Below, one piece after another: positions 34,801-47,634 of a stretch of 64,000 nucleotides of DNA; the stretch's first letter is position 1, and each line of letters opens with the position of its first letter. Source of the stretch: Azolla caroliniana (taxonomy: Eukaryota > Plantae > Polypodiophyta); contig JBHGNT010000020.1 of the NCBI GenBank assembly GCA_043228905.1, positions 15,686,001 to 15,750,000 of the forward strand. The letters run 5' to 3'. Under the pieces are notes generated by a model. It did no database searches and was not told where the DNA came from. It worked only from the letters and a program-made list of their open reading frames with translations. A program made the position numbers and the translations under genes.

Positions 34801-37800
34801 AGGGACTAGACAAGTGCGCGTGAGTAAATGAAAATGTTCATACCTGGCTCGTCTGATATCGGATTTTTGTGTTCAAACATACGAATCGAAGCCAAGAATG
34901 CTAGCTACAATATACATTTGAAAAATTATGATTTTGAAACTCAGGTCGAGAGACATGATGAGAAAAGCAAAGTTGAGGAGGTCGTAGACAAGAGGGCGTG
35001 AGGGTATGAAAATTTTCATACCTAGCTCGTGTGATATTGGATTTTTGTGTTCAAACATGCGCATTGAAGCTAAGTACGATATCTAGGTTATGGAATTGAA
35101 AAGTCATGATTTTGAAACTCAAGTCGAGAGACATGATGAAAAAAGCAATGTTGAGGAGGTTGTAGACAAGAGCACGTGAGTAAATGAAAATATTCATCCC
35201 TGGGTGTTGTGATATCGGATTTTTGTGTTCAAAAATCGAATTGAACCTAACCACTATATCTATGATATGGAATTGAAAAATCATCATTTTAAAACTCAGG
35301 TCGAGAGACATGATGAAACAAGCAAAGTTGAGGAGGGCCTACACATGAGCGTGCTTGAGTAAATGAAAATGTTCATACCTAGGTCGTGTGATATCGAATT
35401 TCTGTGTTCAAACATTCGAATTGAAGATAAACACGCTAGTTATGATATGCAATTGAATGTTGATGACTTTGAAACTCAGGTCGAGAGACATGATGAAAAA
35501 AGCAAAGTTGAGGAGGGCCTAGACAAGCGCGCTTGAGTAGATGAAAATGTTCATACATGGCTCGTGTGATGTCGGATTTTTGTGTTGCAACATGCGAATC
35601 GAAGCTAACAACGCTAGCTATGATACGGAGTCTAAAAATCACGATTTTGAAACTTAGGTAGAGAGACATGAATAAACAAGCAAAGTTGAGGAGGTCGTAG
35701 ACAAGAGGGCGAGAGTAAATGAAAATGTTCATACCTAGCTCGTGTGATATTGGATTTTTGTGTTCAAACATGCGGATTGAAGCTAGGTAAGCTATCCATG
35801 TTATGGAATTGAAAAATCATGATTTTGAAACTCAGGTCGAGAGACATGATGAAAAAAGCAAAGTTGAGGAAGTCGTAGACAAGAGCACGTGAGTAAATGA
35901 AAATGTTCATACCTGGCTCGTGTGATATCAGATTTTTGTGTTCAAACATGCGAATTGAAGCTAACCATGCTATCTATGATATGGAACTGAAAAATCATCA
36001 TTTGAAAACTCAGGTCGAGAGACATGATGAAAAAAGCAAAGTTGAGGAGGGACTAGACAAGTGCGTGTGAGTAAATGGAAATGTTCATACCTAGCCTGTG
36101 TGATGTCGGATTTTTGTGTTCAAACACGCGAATTGAAGCTAACCACGCTATCTATGATATGGAATTGAAAAATCATCATTTGAGCAGGTCGAGAGACATG
36201 ATGAAAAAAGCAAAGTTGAGGAGGGCCTACACAAGAGCACGTGAGTAAATGAAAATGTTCATCCCTGGGTGGTGTGATATCGGATTTTTGTCTTCAAACA
36301 TCGATTTGAACCTAACCATGCTATCTATGATATGGAATTGAAAAATCATCATTTGAAAACTCAGGTCGAGAGACATGATGAAAAAAGCAAAGTTGAGGAG
36401 GGACTAGACAAGTGCGTGTGAGTAAATGGAAATGTTCATACCTAGCCCGTGTGATGTCGGATTTTTGTGTTCAAACATGCCAATTGAAGCTAACCACGCT
36501 ATCTATGATATGGAACTGAAAAATCATCATTTGAAAACTCAGGTCGAGAGACATGATGAGAAAAGCAAAGTTGAGGAGGTTGTAGACAAGAGCACGTGAG
36601 TAAATGAAAATGTTCATCCCTGGGTGGTGTGATATTGGATTTTTGTGTTCAAACATCGAATTGAACCTAACCACGCTATCTATGATATGGAATTGAAAAA
36701 TCATCATTTGAAAACTCAGGTCGAGAGACATGATGAAAAAAGCAAAGTTGAGGAGGGCCTACACAAGAGCATCTGAGTAAATGGAAATGTTCATACCTAG
36801 CCCGTGTGATATGGGATTTTTATGTTCAAACATGCGAATTGAAGCCAACAATGCTAGCTATCATATACAATTGGAAAATCATAATTTTGAAACTCAGGTC
36901 GAGAGACATGATGAAAAAAGCAAAGTTGAGGAGGGACTAGACAAGCGCGCGTGAGTAAATGAAAATGTTCATACCTGGCTCGTGTGATATCAGATTTTTG
37001 TGTTCAAACATGCGAATCGAAGCCAAGAATGCTAGCTACAATATACATTTGAAAAATTATGATTTTGAAACTCAGGTCGAGAGACATGATGAGAAAAGCA
37101 AAGTTGAGGAGGTCGTAGACAAGAGGGCGTGAGGGTATGAAAATTTTCATACCTAGCTCGTGTGATATTGGATTTTTGTGTTCAAACATGCGCATTGAAG
37201 CTAAGTACGATATCTAGGTTATGGAATTGAAAAATCATGATTTTGAAACTCAGGTCGAGACACATGATGAAAAAAGCAAAGTTGAGGAGGTTGTAGACAA
37301 GAGCACGTGACTAAATGAAAATGTTCATCCCTGGGTGGTGTGATATCGGATTTTTGTGTTCAAACATCTAATTGAACCTAACCACTGTATCTATGATATG
37401 GAATTGAAAAATCATCATTTTAAAACTCAGGTCGAGAGACATGATGAAAAAAGGAAAGTTGAGGAGGGCCTAGACAAGCGCGCGTGAGTAAATGAAAATG
37501 TTCATACCTGGCTCGTGTGATATCGGATTTTTGTTATCAAACATGCGAATTGAAGCTAAGTACGGTATCTATGATATGGAATTAAAAAAGCATAATTCTA
37601 AAACTCAGGTCGAGACACATGATTTAAAAAGCAAAGATGAGGAGGTCGTAGACAAGAGGGCGTGAGTAAATAAAAAAGTCATAATTGGCTCGTGTGATAT
37701 CCGATATTTGGGTTCCAACATGCAAATCAAAGCTAAACACGCTAGTTATGATATGCACTTGAAAATTTCTGATTTTGAAACTCAGGTCGAGAGACATGAT

Positions 37801-40200
37801 GAAAAAAGCAAAGTTGAGGACGGTCTCGACAAGCGCGTGTGAGTAAATGAAAATGTTCATACCTGCCTCGTGTGATATCGGATTTTTGTGTTCAAACATG
37901 CGAATCGAAAAAAAAACTATGCTAGTTACCATATGGAATTGAAAAGTCATGATTTTGAAACCCAGGGAGAGAGATATGAAGAAAAAAGCAAAGTTGAGGA
38001 GGTCGTAGACAAGAGGGCGTGAGTAAATGAAAATGTTCATACCTAGCTTGTGTGATATCGAATGTCTATGTTCAAACATGCGCATTGAAGCTAAGTACGC
38101 TATCTATGATATCGAATTGAAAAATCATGCTTTTGAAACTCATGTCGAGAGACATGAAGAAAGAAGTAAAGGTGAGGAGGGCCTAGACAAGCGTGCGTGA
38201 ATAAATGGAAATGTTCATACCTTGCTCATGTGATATTGGATTTTTGCGTTCAAACATGCGAATTGAAGCTAACAATGCTAGTTATGATATGGAATTGAAA
38301 AATCACGATTTTGAAACTCAGGTAGAGAGACATGAATAAACAAGCAAAGTTGAGGACGTCGTAGACAAGAGGGCGTGAGTAAATGAAAATGTTCATACCT
38401 CGCTCGTGTGATATCTGATTTTTGTGTTCAAACATGCGAATTGATCCTAACTATGCTATATATGATATGGAATTGATATGGATTTTGAGGTTTAAGCTTG
38501 CGAATCCAAGTTACCGAATCTAGCTATGATATGGAATTCAAAAATCAGGATTTTGAAACTCAGGTCGAGAGACATGAAGAGAAAAGAAAATTTGAGGAAG
38601 GCGTAGACAAGAGCTCCTCAATGAATGAAAATGTTCATACATTGCTCCTGTGATATCGGATTTTGGTGTTTAATCTTGCGAATCGAAGATAACGAAATAG
38701 CTATGATATGGAATTGAAAAATCGAGATATTGAAACTAAGGTCGAGAGACATGAATGAAAAAGTAAATTTGAGGAAGAAGTAAACAAGAGCTCCTCAATG
38801 ATTGAAAATGTTCAGAGATTGCTCGTGTGAAATCGAAGCTAACGAAGTAGTCTATAATATAGAATTGACAAATCAAGATTTTGAAAGTCAGGTCAAGAGA
38901 CATGAAGAAAAAAGAAAATTTGAGGAAGGCGTAGACAAGAGCTCCTCAATGAATGAAAATGTTCATAGATGGCTCGTGTGATATCGGATTTTGGGGTTTA
39001 AACATGCGAATCGAAGGTAACGAAGTAGTCTATAATATAGAATTGACAAATCAAGATTTTGAAACTCAGGTCAAGAGACATGAAGAAAAAAGCAAATTTG
39101 AGGAAGGCGTAGACAAGAGCTACTCAATGAATTAAAATGTTCATAGATGGCTCGTGTGATATCGGATTTCGGTGTTTAAACTTGCGAATCCAACCTAACG
39201 AATGTAACTATGATATGGAGTTGAGAAATCAAGATTTAGAAACTCAGGTCGATAGACATGAATGAAAAAGCAAATTTGAGGAAGGCGTAGACAAGAGCTC
39301 CTCAATGAATGAAAATGTTCATAGATGGCTCGTGTGATATCGGATTTTGGTGTTTAAACTTACGAATCGAAGGTAACGAATCTAGCTATGAAATGGAATT
39401 GAAAAATCAAAATTTTGAAACTTAGGTCGAGAGACATGAATGAAAAAGCAAATTCGAGGAAGGCGTAGACAAGAGCTCCTCAATGAATGAAAATGTTCAT
39501 AGATGGCTCGTGTGATATTGGACTTTGGTGTTTAAACTTGCGAATCGAAGCTCACGAATCTAGCTATGATATGGAATTGAAAAATCGAGATATTGAAACT
39601 AAGGTCGAGAGACATGTATGAAAAAGAAAATTTGAGGGAGGCGTAAACAAGAGCTCCTCAATGAATGAAAATGTTCATAGATGGCTCGTGTGAAATCGGA
39701 TTTTGGGGTTTAAACTTGCGAATCGAAGCTAACGAAGTAGTCTATAATATAGAATTGTTAAATCAACATTTTGAAACTCAGGTCAAGAGACATGAATGAA
39801 AAAGCCAATTTGAGGAAGGCGTAGACAAGAGCTCCTAATTGAATGAAAATGTTCATAAATTGCTCGTGTGATATCGGATTTTAGTGTTTAATCTTGTGAA
39901 TTGAATCTAACAAATCTAGCTATGATATGGAATTGAAAAATCAAGATTTTAAAACTCAGGTCGAAACATATGAAGAAAAAAGCAAATTTGAGGGAGGCGT
40001 AGACAAGAGCTCCTCAATGAATGAAAATGTTCATATATGGCTCGTGTTTAAACTTGCGAATCAAAGGTAACTAAGTAGTTTATAATATAGAATTGAAAAA
40101 ATCAAGATTTTGAAACTCAGGTTGAGAGACATGAACAGAAAAGAAAATTTGAGGAAGGCGTACTCAAGAGCTCCTCAATGAATGAAAATGTTCATACAGG
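31876..40200 (+). repeat. diverged 178-bp satellite subfamilies (three successive layers)
   Basis: Same period and orientation as the main array. Diagnostic variants: AAAAAGTAAAGTTGAGGAGGGCGTAGTCAAG (~31.9-33.9 kb), GACATGATGAAAAAAGCAAAGTTG (~33.9-38.47 kb) and GAGCTCCTCAATGAATGAAAATGTTCATAGATGG (~38.47-40.2 kb). Confidence 0.92.
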
Positions 40201-42183
40201 TCGAGAGACATCAAGATTTTGAAACTCAGGTCGAGAGACATGAGGAAATTAGCAAATTTGAGGAGGGAGTTGAGCAGAGCCAGTGAGTAAATTAAAATGT
40301 TCATATTTGGCTCGTGTGATATCGGATTTTTGTGTTCAAACTTGCGAATCGAAGCTAACATCGCTAGCTATGATATGTAACTAAAAAATAAAGATTTTAA
40401 ACTTAGGTCGAGAGACATGAAGAAATTAGCAAATTTGAGGAGGGAGTTGAGAAGAGCTCATTAGTAAATGAAAATGTTCATACCTGGCTCGTGTGATATT
40501 GGATTTTGGTGTTCAAACATGCGAATTGAAGCTAACAATGCTAGCTAGGATATGGTATTGAAAAAACAAGATTTTGAAACTCAGGTCGAGAGACATGAGG
40601 AAATTAGCAAATTTGAGGAGGGAGTTGACAAGAGGCGGTGAGTAAATTAAAATGTTCATATTTGGCTCGTGTGATATCAGATTTTTGTGTTCAAACATGT
40701 GAATCGAAGCTAACAAAGATAGCTAGTATATGGTATTGAAAAAATAAGATTATAAAACTCAGATCGAGAGACATGAAGAAATTAGCAAATTTGAGGAGGG
40801 AGTTGAGAAGAGCCCGTGAGGAAATTAAAATGATCATACCTGGCTCGTGTGATATCGGATTTATGTGTTCAAACATGTGAATCGAAGCTAACAACTCTAG
40901 CTTTGATGTGCAATTAAAAAATAAAGATTCTGAAATTCAGGTCAAGAGACGTGAAGAAATTAGCAAATTTCAGGAGGGAGTTGAGAAGAGCCCGTGAGTA
41001 AATTAAAATGATCATACCTGGCTCGTGTGATATCGGATTTATGTTTTGAAACATGTGACTCGAACCTAACAACTCTAGCTTTGACGTGGAATTAAAAAAC
41101 CAAGATTTTGAAACTCAGGTCGAGAGACATGAGGAAATTAGCAAATTTGAGGAGGGAGTTGAGAAGAGCTTATTAGTGGATAAAAATGTTCACACCTGGC
41201 TCGTGTGATATCGGATTTTTGTGTTCAAACATGCGAATCGAAGCTAACAAAGCTAGCTACCATATGGTATTGAAAGAACAAGATTTTAAAACTCAGGTCG
41301 AGAGACATGAAGAAATTAGCAAATTTGAGGAGGGAGTTGAGAAGAGCCCGTGAGTAAATTAAAATGTTCATACCTGGCTTGTGTGATATTGGATTTATGT
41401 GTTCAAACATGAGAATCGAATCTAACAATTCTAGCTTTGACGTGGAGTTAAAAAACCAAGATTTTGAAACTCAGGTCGAGAGGCATGAGGAAATTAGCAA
41501 ATTTGAGGAGGGAGTTGAGCAGAGCCGGTGAGTAAATTAAAATGTTCATATTTGGCTCGTTTGATATCGGATTTTTGTGTTCAAACATGCGAATCAAAGT
41601 TAACAACGCTAGCTATGATATGTAACTAAAAAAATTAAGATTTTAAAACTTAGGTCGAGAGGCATGAAGAAATCAGCAAATTTGAGGAGGGAGTTGAGAA
41701 GAGCTCATTAGTAAATGAAAATGTTCATACCTGGCTCGTCTAATATCAGATTTTGGTATTCAAACATGCGAATTGAAGCTAACAATGCTAGCTAGGATAT
41801 GGTATTGAAAAAACAAGATTTTAAAACTCAGGTCAACAGACATGAGGAAATTAGCAAATTTGCAGAGGGAGTTGAGAAGAGCGTGTGAGTAAATTAAAAT
41901 GTTCATACCTGGCTCGTGTGATATCGGATTTTGGTGTTGAAACATGTAAATCGAAGCTCACAATGCTATCTTTGACATGGAATTAAAAAATCAAGATTTT
42001 GAAACTCAGGTCGAGAGACATGAGGAAATTAGCATATTTGAGGAGGGGGTTGAGAAGAGGCGGTGAGTAAATTAAAATGTTCATATTTGGCTCGTATGAT
42101 ATCGGATTTTTGTGTTCAAACATGCGAATCAAAGCTAACAACGCTAGCTATGATGTGTAACTGAAAAATTAAGAATTGAAAAC
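40201..42183 (+). repeat. 178-bp satellite, intermediate subfamily (resumes at 47635 to ~50150)
   Basis: Markers TATGGTATTGAAAAAACAAG, GAGCTCATTAGTAAATGAAA and CATATTTGGC occur on both sides of element C. Confidence 0.9.
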
Positions 42184-42547
42184 TGTTGGGATTACGGTCC
42201 CTCCGGATGGGATGTCCGGAGATGAATGACGGCAAGCCCGGTTGCGGTTACGGAACCGGATGATGAAGAGTACCCGGCATGAAGCCGGATGACGAGTACT
42301 CGGATGCGGATCCGGATGATGAAGAGTACCCGGCATGAAGCCGGATGCTGAAGAACCCCGGCTACGGAGCCGGATGATGAATGTACCCGGAGAGAGATCC
42401 GGATGCGGGGACATATTTGTGAATATGTTTACTAAGAGCCCTTGAGGCTATATTTGTAAATAGCCCGAAAGTCATATATGTATAAATATGACTTAGGGCA
42501 AACAGTTTTACGTTGTTGCTCATTTTTCATGCGAAGTGAGAGCAGCC

Positions 42548-42581
<34 letters not shown>

Positions 42582-45500
42582 CAAAGAGGTCGTTGCCTCT
42601 GTGTATCACCGCCGCCTGTGGCGAAGACAGTGAACTCAAGGTTGTTGCCTTGTAGCTTCACCATTGTACATCTCTGTTCATAGTGATAGTTGGAGTTTGA
42701 GGACTCCCGTGGTTTTTCCCATTTAGGGTTTTCCACGTTAATCCCTGTGTCATCGTGTCTTTCTCTGTGTTTCCTATTTTCTGCTCCTTTGATTCGCAAT
42801 TACTCGGTTGTGGCCGGAGAGGAAGGTAAATCGGAGCGTCGATTCTCAACAAAGTGGTATCAGAGCGACGGTAACACAGAAAATGGAAGGCGGCGGTAGT
42901 GGGCCTCCGGGCATGATGGTGCTGAACGCGTAGAACTACGCCGACTGGAAGATAAAGATGGAGGATCTGCTCATTGTTCGGGACCTGTATGAACCGATCG
43001 ACAGGTCGGAAATACCCAAGGGGGTACTTGAGACGGAGTGGAGGCTTCTGAACCGGAAAGCCGTTGCAACCATTCGGCAATACGTCGACGTGAGCGTTCT
43101 ACAACACGTGGCGAACGACACCAACGCATATGAGATGTGGAGGAAGCTGTCGGGCCTCTACGAGAGGAAGAATGCGTTGAACCGGACCTCCCTGATGAGA
43201 AAGATTGTGAACCTCAAGTACCGGGACGGCGAGAGTATGGTGGAACACGTAAGCACGTTCATGGGATTCGTGAACCAGCTTGCGGCGATCAAGTTCCCGT
43301 TGGAGGATGCAATGCAAGCCATCATCCTGATGTGTACGTTGCCGGACAGCTGGGAGAACTTGGTGGTGACTCTCAGCACCTCCTGCACGGAAGACAACTT
43401 GTCCTTACAAACGGTAAAGACGAGTATTTTGAACGAAGAAGCGCGTCGGAGAGATAAAGAACCGGCCTCCGACTCGAAGGCGCTGCTTACCGAATCGGAT
43501 CGGGGAAGACAATGGAACCGGAGTCCGCAAAGACGGGAGAAGTCGGGGACCCGGTCGCAGTCAAGAGGAAGGCCCACATGCTTCCACTGTGGGAAGCCGG
43601 GGCACTTCCGAAAGAACTGTCGGCATTACCGAAAAGACAACGGAGCCGACGACACCGATTCGAAGAAGTCACCGGAGAGAAACGGTGCATACCGGGGAGC
43701 CACGGACCGGAGAGGTCCGGATCGGCGAGGGCAGGATCGGAAAGGAACGACGGCACTCGCGGCAAGTGAAGAAGAGATAATGCTTATTACCGAAGAGAGG
43801 GAGCTGAACCTTGCCGGTGTAGAGATGACCTGGGTGGTCGATTCCGGAGCGTCGTTCCACCTGACCCCGGAGAAGAAATACTTCTCATCCTACACAGCCG
43901 GTGAGCACGGCTGTGTCCGGATGGGAAATGAAGGCACATGCCGGATTGCCGGCATAGGAGACGTGTGGCTGATGACATCAACCGGATGCAAGATGCTGCT
44001 GAAGGATGTGCGACACGTTCCGGAGGTCCGATTGAACCTGATCTCGGCCGGGAGGCTAGATGATGAAGGCTACACGGGTAGCATCCGGAACGGTGTCATG
44101 AAGTTCAGCAAAGGGAGCCTGATAGTGGCTCGGGCCCGGAAGATTAACACACTGTACCTGATGAATTCCCGGCTATGTCCGGAGGAGCTGAACGTGGCAG
44201 CTGACACTGCCGGTGAGCTATGGCACAAGAGACTGTGCCACATGAGCGAGAAGGGGATGAAAAGGCTTGCAGAAGACAACCTTATTCCAGTGAAGCATGT
44301 GCACCTGGAGAAGTGCACCGACTGTCTGGCCGGTAAGCAAAACCGGACCTCCTTCCACTCAAGGCCACCGACGAGACGTAGCGCACCATTGGAGTTGGTG
44401 CACACCGATGTGTGTCAGGTAGAAACGAAGTCACATGGCGGAGCCCAGTACTTCGTAACATTCATTGATGATCACCGCCGGAAGCTGTGGACGGCCCCGT
44501 TGAAGACAAAGGACCAAGTATTGTCCGTCTTCAAAGATCTCCACGCGAGAGTGGAAAGGGAATCCGGCAAGAAGCTGAAAGCGATACGAGCGGATAACGG
44601 AGGGGAATACCGGGGGCAGTTCCAGGAGTACTGCCGCTCGAAGGGAATCCGGCTCGAGTTTACCGTGCCGAAGACGCCGGAACTGAACGGGCTGGCCGAG
44701 AGGATGAACCGGACCATAATGGAGAGGGTCCGGAGTATGCTGGCGCATGCGAAATTACCCAAGGGATTTTGGGCTGAGGCAATGTCGACGGCGACATATG
44801 TGATAAACAGATCACCCTCAGTACCTTTGGACGGAGACACGCCGCAGAGAGTGTGGACCGGTAAGGAAGTGTCCTACCGGCATCTGAAGGTGTTCGGGTG
44901 TCTCGCATACGTGCATGTGGCAAAGGACCGGAGAGGAAAGTTAGATCCAAAGACCCGGCCATGCATATTCCTCGGTTACGGCGACGACGAGTTCGGCTAC
45001 CGAGTATGGGACCCGGTCGACAAGAAGATATTCAGGAGTCGAGACATCATCTTCATGGAGGACGAGACACTCGCCGACTGGGAGTCGGAGAAGAAGATGA
45101 AGAGCTCAAAGTCGACCGGTGAGGATCAACTCTACGAGGAGCAGTCCCGACCGGCAAGGGACCGGTTAGCACTCGAGGATCCGGCCGAAGACGGTGAAGA
45201 AACAGAACCGGCCGAAGAGGATGAAAATGATACCGGAACCGGCCCCGATCCCGAAATGGATTCGGATGAAGAAGAATCGGAAGAACCGGTTACCGAAGCT
45301 CCGGAACGGAGATATCCTCTAAGAGAGAGAAGGGCCCCCCGGAGATTTCCGGAACCAGAGCACGTGCTGCTAACCGACGAGGGGGAGCCGGAGAGCTTTG
45401 AAGAAGCAAAACATGACACCCAGAGCCGCAGGTGGTTGAGTGCCATGCAGGACGAGATGGATTCCCTGCATGAGAACCACACATATGAACTTGTGGAGCT

Positions 45501-47330
45501 GCCGAAAGGAAAACGGGCACTCCGTAACAAGTGGGTGTTCAAGTTGAAACCGGGAGATGCCGAAAACCCCCCGAGATACAAAGCCAGGATCGTGGTGAAG
45601 GGGTTTCAGCAGAAGAAGGGCGTCGACTTCGACGAGATATTTGCCCCGGTAGTGAAGATGACCTCCATCCGGACGGTGCTGAGCATAGCGGCAAGCATGG
45701 ACCTCGAGGTAGAACAGATGGACGTGAAGACGGCATTCCTTCACGGTGACCTCGAAGAAGAGATCTACATGCAGCAACCGGAAGGATTCGAGAAGAAAGG
45801 GAAGGAGCACCTGGTATGCCGGTTGAAGAAGAGCCTTTACGGACTGAAGCAGGCTCCCCGGCAATGGTACCGGAAGTTCGACTCCTTCATGACCGACGAA
45901 GGGTACCTCAAAACGCAGTCTGACCACTGCGTGTTTGTGAAGAAGTTCGAAGGAGGAGACTTTCTAATACTCCTCCTGTACGTGGACGACATGTTGATCG
46001 TCGGACGAGACCAGGTCAAGATACGGATGCTGAAGAAGGCTATTCATCGAACCTTCTCAATGAAGGACTTGGGTCCGGCGAGACAAATACTAGGGATGTA
46101 CATCATCCGGGACCGGAGCAAGAAGCAGTTGTGGCTGTCACAAGAGAAGTACGTGACAAAGGTGCTTCAACGGTTCAACATGTCGGAAGCAAGACCGGTC
46201 GGATCAACCCTACCGGCAAACTGCAAGCTGTCCAGCAAGCAAAGTCCCAAGACAAAGGCTGAAAAGGAGGATATGATGAAAGTGCCGTATGCCTCAGCCG
46301 TCGGGAGCTTGATGTACGCCATGGTGTGTACGAGACCGGACATAGGATATGCAGTCGGAGTGGTGAGCCGGTACATGAGCAATCCCGGCAAAGAGCATTG
46401 GAACGCGGCCAAATGGATACTCCGATACCTGAAGGGCACGGCAAACATGTGCCTCCGATTCGGCTCCGGCAAGCCCGAACTCGACGGCTTCACCGATTCG
46501 GATATGTCGGCTGATGCAGATACCAGCCGGTCCACATCAGGGTATGTGATGACGTATGCAGGAGGAGCTGTTTCATGGCAGTCGAGGCTGCAGAAGACGG
46601 TTGCGTTATCAACCACGGAGGCGGAGTACATGGCGGCTGTTGAAGCCGGCAAGGAAATAATATGGATGAAGGACTTCATTAGAGAGCTCGGTATCCGGCA
46701 AGAGGAGTACCGACTCTACTGCGACAGTCAGAGTGCCATCCACCTTGCGAAGAACGCGGCCTATCACTCCCGGACGAAACACATCCAGCGAAGATATCAC
46801 TGGATCCGGGAAAGGATAGAAGACCAGGAGTTCGTGCTGACAAAGATCCACACGGACGAGAACGGCTCAGATATGCTGACCAAAGTGCTCACACCCGACA
46901 AGCTGGAAGCATGCCGGATGAGGATCGGATTGGAGAGACATCCCATGCCGAAGTGAAGGGGGAGTTTGTTGGGATTACGGTCCCTCCGGCTGGGATGTCC
47001 GGAGATGAATGACGGCAAGCCCGGTTGCGGTTACGGAACCGGATGATGAAGAGTACCCGGCATGAAGCCGGATGACGAGTACTCGAATGCGGATCCGGAT
47101 GATGAAGAGTACCCGGCATGAAGCCGGATGCTGAAGAACCCCGGCTACGGAGCCGGATGATGAATGTACCCGGAGAGAGATCCGGATGCGGGGACATATT
47201 TGTGAATATGTTTGCTAAGAGCCCTTGAGGCTATATTTGTAAATAGCCCGAAAGTCATATATGTATAAATATGACTTATGGCAAACAGTTTTACGTTGTT
47301 GCTCATTTTTCATGCGAAGTGAGAGCAGCC

Positions 47331-47364
<34 letters not shown>

Positions 47365-47634
47365 CAAAGAGGTCGTTGCCTCTGTGTATCACCGCCGCCT
47401 GTGGCGAAGACAGTGAACTCAAGGTTGTTGCCTTGTAGCTTCACCATTGTACATCTCTGTTCATAGTGATAGTTGGAGTTTGAGGACTCCCGTGGTTTTT
47501 CCCATTTAGGGTTTTCCACGTTAATCCCTGTGTCATCGTGTCTTTCTCTGTGTTTCCTATTTTCTGCTCCTTTGATTCGCAATTACTCGGTTGTGGCCGG
47601 AGAGGAAGGTAAATCGGAGCGTCGATTCTCAACA
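42184..47634 (+). mobile_element. Ty1/copia element C, inserted directly in satellite
   Basis: LTRs at 42184-42851 and 46967-47634 (668 bp, four mismatches seen). TSD AAAAC at 42179-42183 and 47635-47639. PBS 42855-42866. PPT 46954-46966. Confidence 0.97.
42883..46956 (+). pseudogene. copia C Gag-Pol with a premature stop at codon 17
   Basis: ATG at 42883 and TAG at 42931-42933, where the siblings have CAG. The remaining 1332 codons are open from ATG 42958. Confidence 0.92.

Noticed and set aside
42721-42732. TTTAGGGTTTT in LTRs read as telomeric repeat or telo-box
   Set aside because: Single unit inside the common copia U5 motif GGGTTTTCCACGT, and altered in element A.
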